A stretch of 59,448 bases of DNA, the filler included, from Sphacelaria rigidula (Eukaryota), in the NCBI GenBank assembly GCA_964200075.2. It is 5 parts of 5 records of this genome, joined end to end, with 100 filler letters (N's around TTAATTAATTAA, not from the genome) between each part and the next. Parts side by side here need not be neighbours in the genome. Positions count along the whole stretch, not along the records: positions 23,823 to 35,632 come from CAXNAA020004472.1; 4 more parts are not named here. One strand, given 5' to 3'. Shown one piece after another: positions 23,723 through 35,732 of this stretch. Every line of letters begins with the position of its first letter. Position 1 is the stretch's first letter. The notes under the pieces were generated by a model, which saw nothing but the letters and a program-made list of their open reading frames with translations, was not told the origin of the DNA and did no database searches. The translations under genes and the position numbers were made by a program.

Positions 23723-23822
23723 NNNNNNNNNNNNNNNNNNNNNNNNNNNNNNNNNNNNNNNNNNNNTTAATTAATTAANNNNNNNNNNNNNNNNNNNNNN
23801 NNNNNNNNNNNNNNNNNNNNNN
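23723..23822. other. Artificial scaffold linker N44-TTAATTAATTAA-N44
   Basis: Same 100-bp spacer. Confidence 0.97.
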
Positions 23823-24567
23823 CTTGTCGGATCGCAGTGCTACATGAATGTGAAGACGCGCGCTGATTTGCCGATTACCACGATGTGTCATAGTAGGCAC
23901 AACTCGCGATGTATCGTAAGTTAAAACGGGCTGAAGGAAAGTGAGCTTCTTAGACGGCCCAGCCCGTAGGGTACCCCAGGTATGGACTGCCGATTATAGT
24001 CAGTCTTCCAGAATACCGAGGTTATCAACACTCCGAGATACCCAGTGTTCCAGGGTACATACATACTCACTACTGGATCATAATGTGTACTGCATCTGGG
24101 AGCATTTGGGGGAAGGGCGGCAAGTACTATTTTGTAATCACTGCAGAGTATATAATCTAACTGTGCGTGTGCTGTAATACTGTTCAGGAGTGTTGCTCTG
24201 CCCCATGGTATGCTGCAGCATCCAACAGTAGGTCAGTGCGTTGATGGCGTCCAAATATGCGCACACCGTGTTCGGTACTATAAATGATAAGAGCAAGTAA
24301 GTTCAACGCAACCGTAGGGTACAGTAGAGACAACATATTTGGTCTACCAACTTGGATTCAGCAAGATTCACTGGGTGCTGACTGTACTGTAGTCTGTACT
24401 CCAGACTGGAAATGTGCAACTACACCAGTCTCGGTGCTTGGTCATCATACCCATCGGTTGCCACGTGCTGTTTCTGGCTGGCATATTTCACGTGCGCGTA
24501 CTGTATGTGGCAAGCACTGGGAAAATAGCTTCTGCACTTCCGGGTCTGCGCTTCCGGGTCTCCATAC

Positions 24568-27500
24568 CTGACATGTGAGCGCTCCAATAGGACATCTACC
24601 AAGGTCGAGGCAGTGAAGCTTCCCGGAGGTTACGGCATGGCTCTCTGACAGAAAATTTGAAACCTTAGAGTCGCTCGCTCCTGTCGAACACACATCACAC
24701 AAAAAGACGCGAGGAACGACGGCAGCACGACATCAGACACCAGATAAACGCTCAAATGGCCGAAGCGAAAGTGAATACGCACACATCGGAGGTTCACTCC
24801 AACTCAAAGTCATGTGCGTAAAATAGACCAAAAATGGTACCGCAATTTGAAGCAAGACACAACAAGGAAAGCATTATCACACAAACTGCAGGCATGCACC
24901 ACGCGAACAGCACATATGCGCACACAACGAACATGAACTCACAAGCGGAGAGGAGAAATACATACATAAACAGCATACCGAGCCGAAAGATCAGCTGAAC
25001 AACTCTCCACTCCTGGGCACTCTGTGCTGTCACCGCCTATTAATAATCCAAGGTTGTAGAAGGCTGTGGGGTTTTGGTGGCACTCACGCCTGCTCGATAT
25101 GTATGGCTTCATCTATTATGTTTCTGATACAGTATTGGCCGATACACCGTATACATGTTTGCTTCTCCCGGCACTTCGATTCTCTTACACAGCGTGCAGT
25201 CCTGGTCCAATCATGGTGTAGTACGCTATAATAGTGCAGTTACCTGCTAGAGTGAGCTAACCGCACCCATGATGGGAATCCGCTCTTATATCAATTTACG
25301 ACGCAGTGATACGAAGCCGGTCGCCCCGGTGGTTCAGTTGGTAACCTCAAAACCTTCTGACGGTTGTATCGTGGGTTCAAATCTCGGAGCGATGTGGGAT
25401 TGTTCCTCACACAATGCTCAACAGTGGAGAGCAACCATGTCGTGGGTACACAAAACTCACTCAACGGTCGACGAGTGAAAGGGACTGCTGAACTCCTCCC
25501 GCGATTGAAAAATAAAGGCAAGCACGGCAGAAGGAAGGTGGAGAACTAGAAACAAATAAACAAAACAAATACTCCTGTGTTGGCCTTCCTCCTGCGTGAC
25601 CCCGGCTGGTGCGCCCACATATACCGAAAAGTGTAGACCGGCGTCCAGAATAAATGGGACGACAACGCACACTACGACATCAGTGCCTGCTCTGCCCTCT
25701 ATACCCTTCTGATGTTACCCTGCCCGGTACGCGTTGAGTTTTGTCCTGTAAAGCGTGTTGTCGTCCACCCGGCCCTCAAACGGTACCTTGCCAGTGGAAA
25801 TGCAGACTACGCATTGTGCACTTCAAGCAGAGGGTTATGCGATCGCTATCTGCACCTGGGCAGTCGTTGGCGCTGAGAATGGAAAGAGACGGGCAGCCCT
25901 CCGCGAGTCTCCCGAGGAAGGACCCATCGAGACCACGACAGCCGTCCACGATCAGGGAGGACAGTGCCGGGCACCTTCCTGCCAGAGCCTGCACGGCATC
26001 AATGATAAACAAAGACGCAAAATAGGGGTCATTAAAGGCATAGCAACGAAGTGGGCGTCCGGGCAGGGACACAGTGGTGACTCATGACACTACAATAATA
26101 CCGAGCATTTTGCCGCGTAAAGATGGAGCGTCACACATAAGCACCGCCGTTATTATACCGCCGCAAGAAAAATCACGTGTCAACGTCATGTTGGTACAGG
26201 GTTTCAACCGTGCGAAGCCGAGACAGAGATACACTCATTCACAATTATCACGCAAATAAGGCACCCGACACGAACTAGCTAGCATATACATCTGTAGCCG
26301 GGCGCTTCAAACGGCGCCAATGAAGACGAACCCACAAAGAGGGGAAACATCTTCTTGGCATTTCTTCTTGCCCATCACACCTTCAGTATGCCGTCGGATA
26401 GGTACTGGTGCCCGCTCACATCCAGCACCCGCAGCGCACAGGGCTCGTCTTCCTGGGGAAACAAGAGCACATCCCCGTTGGTAATTCCGAATGCAACACA
26501 GAGGACAGGCAGACACGTGTGTTGGCTTTCGACGAGACAACAAGATGGGAAAGGCAAACTGTTCAACTAAAGTGTCACGTGTTTACAGCGTGGTATTCTT
26601 GCCCCGTGGAGAGCATGTACACACGTTTCACTTACCTTCGCATGCCGACACCGTGAGGGCGAAAGTAGTAGACACCCTGCGATTCTTCTCCAAGGAGGAG
26701 AAGAGATGAGTCATGCTACTCTGCCATTAGTTTGTTACGATTCGCGTGACCGTACGTACCACCCTGGAGGACTCATGAAACGTATTTCCAACGGAATATT
26801 TCGACGTCTTGTTCCCCCCGGCTGACAAGGGAACGAATGTGCACACCTGGCCGCCAATCCCCGCACGGCGAATGTTGAGCAAGATTGCTTCCACCTCACG
26901 GAGATGGGGGGACCAGCCCAGCCGCACGTCCTCCAAGTCCACGCATGCCTCTGCCGGATACCTGAGCAGAATACGCAACGATCAATAACCGTGCAGTGTT
27001 GGTGGGTTTGGACGACGGCAGAATATGCATTAAAACAAATCATCTGAAGTAGATTGCAGTAATGTTGGACAAGTTGGATCATGAATTCTTGTACGAGGGG
27101 CTGTTCCCTTGAGAAATTACACGGCGCCCCAAGCACTAGGTAAGGACTTGGCGACAGAATATCGTTTTCCCCGTTGTTGCGCACTCGAGACCCGATTTCA
27201 AGGTCGTTTGATAGATGACGCCAAGCCCAATTCCAAGCCTTCCGTGTAATCACTCATTGCTGGAGATAACCGACCCCGGAAATTGTCCAGTTGCATCGTG
27301 ACTTCTTTCCACGTACCACCCACACACTGTACATGCGAGTTTATAGTGGGAAGCCTCAAGTAGGAGGTCAACTGTAGTCGTCAATCGTGCATTTCTCGTC
27401 CGCCTCGCCATACGTGGTGACCGTTATAGCTCAATGCCCTTGTTCTTCGGGAAGTCATTGTGCACGACGAGAAGAGGTAAAGACGGGGTACACGCAAGGA

Positions 27501-30500
27501 GAAGGACTCATTCCTCGAGAGCACAACTCGCTCGCTTGTTCACGATGTAGATGCGGTTGGTTTTATCGGGTGAAATTGAAACGCTCGGTGCGCACGAGGC
27601 GTTCGTTCGTTGGGTGGAGCTCCTCATTATTGCCAGTCTCGTGTGTGTGTGTGTTCAGCTGGAAGATGGTGTGAATGATTCGTAGTCTACTTGTACCGGG
27701 TAGCAGCAATGTTGCACTGCTGTCCGTTAGAGCCCATGACGTTTTCCACATCACTGTGGGTGGCATGATGGCGCTGTTCTTTGTTTGGAAGTACCAATGT
27801 GCTCTATGCTCTACCGCACCGTAATGTACTGTATTGTGGTGTCCTGTTTTGCACTGTGTGGTACTGTGATGCACTGCACAGTATACTGCTCTGTACTGCA
27901 ATAATGGGATTTGAAAAAGTTAGGACGGGTTTTTTTAGGGCGAACCTTGGGGAGCCTCATAAGCATCAAAATATTCTCAAACACGCAATGTCGATGCACT
28001 ACCCCGCCGTGATGTGGCCTTGCTCGTTCTAGAAAGAGTAATCCGCAATTTGTAAAATCCCGTGTCAACAGGGGATATTGAAAAATGATAACATTATTTT
28101 TTGCATGGGAATGAAGGGAGATCGATATTGTTCGGTATAAACTCGGAATTGCGGAAGTTGCACATGGATTCTTTTGAGGATGTGCGAGGCCAAACGTCAC
28201 GACCGGAGAGTGTATTTGAGTTTATTTCGCAAAATTTGAATGCTTATGAAGGATCCCAAGATTCACCCTCAACAACAATCCCGTCACAATCTGTCAAATC
28301 CCATGTTTGTTCTGTACGGTGCGGTAGACTACGGTATGTGTCGTGGTGTTGAGCTGACTTCTGCACTCTAGATCGGACGGTTGATCGCATATTGGGCGCA
28401 GCAACCTGCGGCTAATCACTGCGAACAACATACACAACTTTTGAAGAATTCCGAAACTTTAATGACTAGTGCTGTAGGGGTATGGCATGCAACGCGCTGC
28501 TGTGGCCGACAGTGCTATTGCTTGGGATCTTTTCTCATACATGTTATCCGAAAGGTTCATCCCTACACTTCTTGTAATAAAACAACACTCGAAAAGTCGT
28601 TAGAGGAACTATTAAATCGTTTGCCGACTATCATTGGTCGTTTCATCCCGCCATACGTTTTCGACATGGTTGGGCACACATCAGTTCGAAAACCATGCAC
28701 GGGAACATAGAAGGGGCTCCGGCAATTGTTTCGAACTCTTGTTTCCTGCTGACTTTTGCATCGTTTTGTCTCTCCGACAGCAACCTGGGGTTATACCAGA
28801 ACGGAGATGCATGGGCACTACAACCGTACACTTCATTGTAGTATCGTACACTACAGTGCAGTACAGTGCAGTACAGTACATTGCGATACTGTACGGTATA
28901 GCGGTACATACAGCACAACAATACTGTACTCCCAACCAAAGAACAGACGAAGCCGCATGGCAACGACTTCGCACCACCATACCACCCACAAACGACGGCG
29001 GACGACGCCATGACTTCTAACGGGTCGGCAGTGCAACATGGCTGCAACGCGGTATCCGTAGACTACGAATCGTTCGCACCGTCTTCCACCACCGGGACAT
29101 ACACACGCGAGACTAGCAACAGTGAGGAGCTGTGCCCGAGGCAACGAACGCCTTGTGCGCACCGAGCATTTTCATTTTCACTCGACACAAACAAGCGAAT
29201 CGAATGCTGATACCATGGCGGCGGCGGGGAAGCCGCCTGTTTGCGATGCCAAACGTTGCTGCTTCGATACTGGTGCCTTGTGATGAGTATCAACATTGCG
29301 ATGGATGCCCCACGTTGCTTGTTAAGGGTATATTGGTGTGAACTAGCTGTGGCGGTGGTGGTAGGTCCGGTTCATGTTCATCCTCATTATTTTGAATCTT
29401 GAAGCTACACCTTCACACTCGTCTGCCTTTGACTTCAGCCAGTACACTATCAGGGACGGTCAAATCACCTCAAAGGTACCTTCGATGGGTACGATGTGGC
29501 AGATCTTGCATTTAAAACGTGACTTCATTCCCTCAGAAAAAGCTCGCTCCCAAATTTTCAGGATCCCGTACTTCAGCCCTGTTCCAACGTCTATTCATCA
29601 TCATCTCTGCCGCCTCCCGGTGGTGTAATGGTTCGACTGTCGTCAATAGGGTGGGTGGAGAGAACGAGGGTCGATTCCCGATGCGTTGGAGTTTTTCTTC
29701 GCAGTATGTGATTTTCCATGGTGAAAAGCGTGAGAACGTGAGTAGATCAAGTAGTTGACTGAGTTTGTCTGACCTGAGTTGACGCGGTGCGGGAATGCTG
29801 ACCCACTCCGCGAGACCAGAATGCAAGGCGTGTACCGGGGAGAGATGGGCTGATCACTGGAGACCACGAACTCGTCCCGAGGAAGGGGAGGGGTTCAAAG
29901 TGCGACAAATAAAAAAACAAAAATCATCTATGGACACGTGAATCAGCCGTTGCTGCCATTTTGTGTACATGGGCTTCCCTGTGTACATATGCACCTGACC
30001 AGCAGTGAATCCGTCACGGTGAGAGGAGCGCTGTTGAGAGGCAAGCGGCTCGGTGCGCACCACCGCAGCAACTCTAGCACGCCGTGATCCGTCAGGCACT
30101 TCATCTTTCCAGCTCGAGCGAGGACTGCGTCGCCAATCGACGGCGGTATGCCAACGAGTCCCGCGTCGCCGCGGCTGCCGGCACCGTCGGCGGAAATCGG
30201 CGGCGGTGGCGGCGTCGGCCTTAGTGGCGTAGAGCTCTCCGGCGGCGATTTGCTGTCTGATGCGGAGGACAGCCTGGCGAACACGGCTGACATGACCGTC
30301 GGGTCGGCCGACGCCAAGCAGATGCATACCTGAGAGAACAAGGGCCAGCAGGACATTTTTCGTGTTGTCATCACATATTGAAACATGCGGCGTTACCACG
30401 CTTGTGGCGGAGAACATGAACTTGAGATGTAAGGTAGCGGAAAGAACTTCACTTGTAAACAGTCTTTGGTGTTTTACCTATGGTGGGGTAACGAGACACT

Positions 30501-31107
30501 CCGCACAAAATTATATCGAATGAAAGTTTTCTCCAAGGACTTTCCAATGCAGTCAGAAGCATCTGTGCATTCTTGGACCAGGGTTTTCAGAGCATGTGAC
30601 AACTTATCTTGGATCATTACACCACGAGGGCTTCGCCTTTTGCTCCACACTAACTACGAATGCATACGTAGAACCGACCTCGACGCCAATCCCTGTGCGC
30701 AGAGCTTTGAATTAGTACCTGGCTCGTGCTGTAATTGGTCACCCCACACGATCTACAAAACCAAAAAACATGGCGTGTAAGCTGTGCTTGGTCATCATCC
30801 ATTTCCCCTGTTTCATCTATTCCTGATGACGCGCTCAGCACAGATGGGCGATGAAATCGTGACTCCACGCACGTCGGAAGTAATACGCTACGATATAATG
30901 ACGAATTACCGGCACTGCTCCTGGCTAGCGGCCAGAGAATGCTGCAGGGTAAGCAAAATCACTACTGTCCACCAGTCCTGGTCCACAATTTTCTGGAATC
31001 CGTATTTTTATTGCGACGCCCTTCTGCCACTGATAATCATCGCAACAATCCAACCCAACCCAACCTAAGCGTACCGCTGACTCTGACTCCAGCGAAATGC
31101 AGGCCAT
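24568..31107 (-). CDS. Cys-containing-subtype LRR (RNI-like; AMN1/Rad7/F-box-LRR-like) protein, 3' incomplete. Exons 31107-31075, 30329-29995, 26961-26847, 26452-26381, 25988-25856, 24680-24568
   Basis: All introns are GT-AG with matching phases (0,2,0,0,1). The spliced product has LEDVRLGWSPHL, LRVLDVSGHQYLSD, CPALSSLIVDGCRGLD, CPSLSILSANDCPG and LHCLDLGRCPIG. The first 11-codon exon (MACISLESESA) is the least certain. Confidence 0.82.
25323..25672 (+). mobile_element. tRNA-derived SINE-like element, family B (full length), in an LRR-gene intron, antisense to the gene
   Basis: A box TGGTTCAGTTGG at 25330-25341. Residual anticodon arm AACC-TTCTGAC-GGTT (CTG). B box GGTTCAAATC at 25374-25383. 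Body homologous to 4740-4950 and 3' end homologous to 12815-12863. Confidence 0.8.
27905..28062. mobile_element. Short MITE-like relative of the 3607-3937 element
   Basis: Right end caatttgtaaaatcccg is a 17/17 reverse-complement match to 3607-3623. Left end tgggatttgaaaaagttaggacggg is a degenerate version of the same terminus. Confidence 0.5.
29609..29922 (+). mobile_element. tRNA-derived SINE-like element, family A, with probable TSD, intronic and antisense to the LRR gene
   Basis: A box TGGTGTAATGG at 29621-29631. B-box-like GGGTCGATTCCC at 29668-29679. A-rich tail at 29907-29922. Flanking ATCATCTCTG (29600-29609) and ATCATCTATG (29923-29932). Confidence 0.8.
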
Positions 31108-34100
31108 GAACTCTTTCAAGGGGGAAGGGGGTCACACTAGAGACAGGCACGGTGCCAAGAAAAAAGCGTTCCTGCGGGCAACAAAAGTCAGGCGCCGCTA
31201 CGCGGCGCCAGAAACCAAAGTACTGGTCACAGAAGCGAATGAACGAGTGCTTGTGGAACAATGATTGTGCAGGGCACACGGTATATGTAGCTTGAGAATC
31301 GCATTGAGACTATTTTGACCCGCGGCAAGCCTGAATAGGAGAAGGTCAAAACCTTGCAACAGCTGTTTCTGTGCAGTCTAACTTTGGGGGCGAGGGTCAC
31401 GGATATGCGTTTTTTTTGCGAACTTTTCAATGATGAACAGTTACGGGGCTATCAGTTTTTCTAGATGAGTGATTTCCGCCACCATAAGCCTGGTGCCACC
31501 CCCTGAAGTCCGAATGGCCACCTACGACCCCGGATGTTCTGAGGTTAGACATATGTATTCTCTTTCTTCTTCATCATTTATCCCTGTTTTGCTTGTATCG
31601 CGTTTTGTTACTTTTAATCTAGTTTCTTCTTCTTTATTCGTTTTTGCTAGCCTGTCACCACGGAAGGCGTCCACATCAAATGCCCAGTACGAATGTACCG
31701 CGCAGATATCGGGGCGGTTTTGAATGTGAAGACAACAAGAACAACAACAACAATATTCCAAAGGTTTACATAGAGCAGGGGTAGATTCTTCACTCCCCGT
31801 CTCAGGAAAGAATCTTCGCGAGACCTATTTTTCGGCCACACGAGTTTGATCAGCGGCGTCGTGATACCAGCAGAGGTTTCGATTGGAACGATCGAGGTCG
31901 CTCCAAGGGAGTGCGTGGTGATTATATTCCCCCTCTGTCCGCTGGCTATCTCACAGAGGTCATGCTCCAGCACCCTTGTTCTTCACTAGACATTCAAGCT
32001 CCAGCGCCAGAACTGAGCAATCAGCTACTAGGGGAATGCGCAGAAAATGTGTTATCCTGCTTCTCCCCCTATGTAACCGTAGTTGAAAATATGCGCACAA
32101 CTACAGGAGGGCCCTTGTACCAATTAGCATTCCATTAATAAATGAAGACAGCAAAGGATCCTGGGAAATAGAGTAGAACAATGAATGAGCCCCGTGCCGA
32201 AAGCTCACACTCTTTCGGAATAGTTTCAAAAAGAACCAGATGAGGATTTTTTTATCTGGTGAAACTTCCCCTAGCTTACCTTGTCGCGCATCGTTGCTCC
32301 GTTCTCTACAGCCATATGTATCTACTTTCGTATATTCGAAATGGCTCTCACCAGGTGAGGGAAGCCGCGTCCATCGGAGTCCCTCATTTTTGAAGAACAT
32401 GATGCCGCTTTTTTGACGACCCCTAATTGACAGAGGGGAGTTTCCCACGGATGATCTTTATATCTGTAAAACGTTTTCAGCAACGGAATTTCTTCTCCGC
32501 AACACGAACGGCGGCACTTTACTTCTCATGAACAGTGTTCCCTTCAATATCTGAGAAACGTTCGAAAAAAACTGAAACAAATTTTCATGACACACGAAGG
32601 AAACAGACAAAAGCTCTTCCTCTCGCTCAGTGAGAGCCGTTTCGCATGTACGAAGAGAAATACATATGCTTGGTTTTAGAGACTGGAGCAACCATGTGCG
32701 ACAAGGCAAGCCAGGAGAAGTTTCGACAGACAAATAAGATCCTTCGTTGCTTGTTTCGGCAAAGCTATGCCGGGCAAACGTGAATTTTCGAGAGAAGGGT
32801 CGGGCCCCATTTTAATGTTCAACTCATTTTACAGAATCCTCCGATAACCGAAAACAGCAGACAGCCACAGATTCTGAGGACGGTTCCAGCTATAAAGCAA
32901 AACAGTAATTGGTACTGTCGGACGCGTTGGTGCAACAAATGAGACCAAGAAGTATCTTTGGTGATTCGTTACTTGAGATTCGCGAAGTCGGACTCGAGAT
33001 GCTGATGGAAGAAGCAAAGCGACCATTCAAGGCATGTCATATCGTAGTCTTGTTGTCTTTGCCTCAGTAGTTAGGCCTGTTTGACCGACTTTCCGGGAAA
33101 AGTCCGCCTTCATCCTCCCCAGAAAAACAAAAACCCGAGAGAACTACGGAAAGAAGCACCATTGAGTGGTCGATCCATCCATCCTTCAAAAGTTTCAAGG
33201 TCTGACTTTCAACCTCGGATGGAAACTCAAAGATATTCATCCCTAACGGCTTGGAAGTCCCGTACTGACACGTTGATATACGTTCCCTCAACATTCGCTT
33301 CGGCCATCACTTTCAAACAGCAACGAGTTGTGCACCTCAAGAGGTATCGTTGTTCTCGCCGTTCAGTCGGAACCTCGTACACCCGTTGTCAGGACAATTC
33401 GAGTGAAAACTCAGATATACTGTTTTTCTTGTAATAATCCGTCCTTAACCATCGCCAGAAGGCCGCGTTCGGTGCTGTTACATAGTGTGAAGGCGGTGGC
33501 AGTGCCAGGATTGCCGATCAGAGCGGGCGCACTCCGGGGTGGTTGTGCGGCTGCAGGAAACATACTTTTTGCCACACATTATGCTCCCGTTCGTGCTGTT
33601 TACCACGCAAAGTGGTCGATCTCCGATCGTTATGTGGCATCCCATGCCCAGGGTATTGGAAAAACATAGGAGTGTATGAACATGTACCGGGTACGGAAAA
33701 ACGTCTCCACAGTACCGGATGCAGTACCTCATTGCTGGACGACCACGGTTAGTCGGTATCAACCTACAACGCCGGGCCACAGTGGTCTCAAAGGTTCAAT
33801 TCAAATCACTTTGGGCGGAACATTGCACACCCTGGACGGTATATGGTCAATAGTTGCAACAGCAACAAAAATGTACTGCGTAGATCATAGGTTGCTCTGC
33901 TTTGCATCGCGCTTCCAATTTTATTTTTTCTTCTCCATTGTTGTGATGGAAAAGGAGCATAATGAGAAATCATGTGGCGTTCCAATGTAGCAAGCTAGGG
34001 TGAGAAACAAGTGATACCGAGACGGTAAAATAGCACGCGAACAGACCAGCGACTTCAGGGAGGGCGGCAGTCACGCTCAAGGGGGTATGGGTATTGTCGC

Positions 34101-35632
34101 AGGTCGAAACGCGGACCGCCTTCCACACGAGAACGAAAAGAAGCGATACAGGGGAAAACAATTGATACGTACTGTACTCGTACTGAAAATGCTATGTGGG
34201 TAACGACACACAAACAGATCACGGTCGATTTAGTCACACAAGATGTAGAGAAGTGGGTTTCATATTTTCCTGGCGTCGCGTCAGCGGCGAGAAACCCTCA
34301 CCTCCCAGAGCGCAAAACACCTCATTTTTGTACGTTCGGGTTTGTTGCGGCTCATTATCACGCTCAAACGGAAAGGTGAAATGAGTTGATCTAGCAGGGC
34401 GCCAAGAGCGATTTTTATTTCAGACTACGCACTGACGATGTATCAATAGGTCAGCAGGGCCACGATGCTTCAGCTGACTGCCTCTACATACTAAAAAATA
34501 TATATGCAAACCATGCGATTAACACAAACTTGCATCTTCGACCAAATGCTATTTTTTGACACCAATGTCACGACATTTGCTGAGGTGGAATCCGCCGTGT
34601 GCTGCTGTGTTCTATGGGGATACGTACAAGGGACAACCTCACGTATCATGAGCGAATGCCCTTTCACCCCTTGGCTTGTAGAGGACGAGTTCACCGATGG
34701 AACACGGCCGTCTTGTGACGGACGCTTTCGAGACAGAACTTAAGGCATGCGCGACGCTGCTGGTCATGGTATCCAAATTTTCGTACTTTCTCGTTCTAGC
34801 ACGATGTCAGGCACGCCCTTCACTGCAGATGCGTTGGTGTGTGGCGGCCACAAGTGCTGCTGTTCGTGTTCTTGTCTTCTTATCTTCGCAATGATGGTGA
34901 ACGTGGGGTGGCAGCTCGGGGGCGTGCGCTTCCCGAGTAGTACAGCAGCTGAACATTAGTGCACCAAGAGTTTCCACCCACTGATCTGGAGCGAGTTATT
35001 GGAGGAACATTATCATCTCAACACCGAGCACTCACAGGCTTGAAGATATGTACCATGTCTGAAGTACATTTAATATGAGCCAGGTCGTTTTTTCTAGGTG
35101 ACGCGTGTATTTTTGATTGATAAGATTCGCCTGATTACGGTCTAGTCCTTACGCATATAGCGTTCGTGATCCATTTTCCCGAAATATAGTACCCAAAATC
35201 GGGCCCCAGTCCCACCCATAACAGTAGTATAATATCGGACATACCGTCGCCGTTTCGCTTATTTTCGCCTCTCACGACATCTTTACATATTGGTTGCAAT
35301 TGAATAGCCTCTCCCTGTTTGCTGCTTCATCGACGACAAGCAAGACTACAGCACAACGGGATTTGCTGCACAAAAGCACTACAGTAGTATGTACAGTTTT
35401 ATAGCTGCCTTGCAGGATCGGATGATCAGCGGTACGGTAGCTCCCTTGCGGGATTGGATTATACACCATATTTGTACTACTATTTGTCTGCTGTCTGCTG
35501 ACAGTTCCGAGACATCCGGGGGTTTCCAGAGCTCGGGGGGGTGGTTTTTGAGGGGGGGGGGGGGGGGGCTTTCCGGCGGGGATGGGAGAAGGTCGCGGGG
35601 GCAAAGAGGTGTGTTGGAAAGTTTCCCGCGGA

Positions 35633-35732
35633 NNNNNNNNNNNNNNNNNNNNNNNNNNNNNNNNNNNNNNNNNNNNTTAATTAATTAANNNNNNNNNNNN
35701 NNNNNNNNNNNNNNNNNNNNNNNNNNNNNNNN
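35633..35732. other. Artificial scaffold linker N44-TTAATTAATTAA-N44
   Basis: Same 100-bp spacer. Confidence 0.97.

Noticed and set aside
25323-25395. Functional tRNA-Gln(CTG) gene
   Set aside because: Acceptor and T stems do not pair properly, and the head is fused to a dispersed repeat body. Treated as a SINE head.
27790-28930. Opposed (TACAG/CTGTA)-like tracts as TIRs of a ~1.1-kb element
   Set aside because: Degenerate pentamer microsatellites without a defined alignment or boundary.
14692-31107. Apparent cluster of two ubiquitin-ligase genes (RBR-like and LRR adaptor), with AP2 and SH3 genes nearby
   Set aside because: They lie on different scaffolds joined by an artificial linker, so adjacency has no biological meaning.
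34045-34120. Possible additional upstream coding exon of the LRR gene
   Set aside because: Its phase cannot be joined to the downstream exons without a stop. At most a 5' UTR exon.
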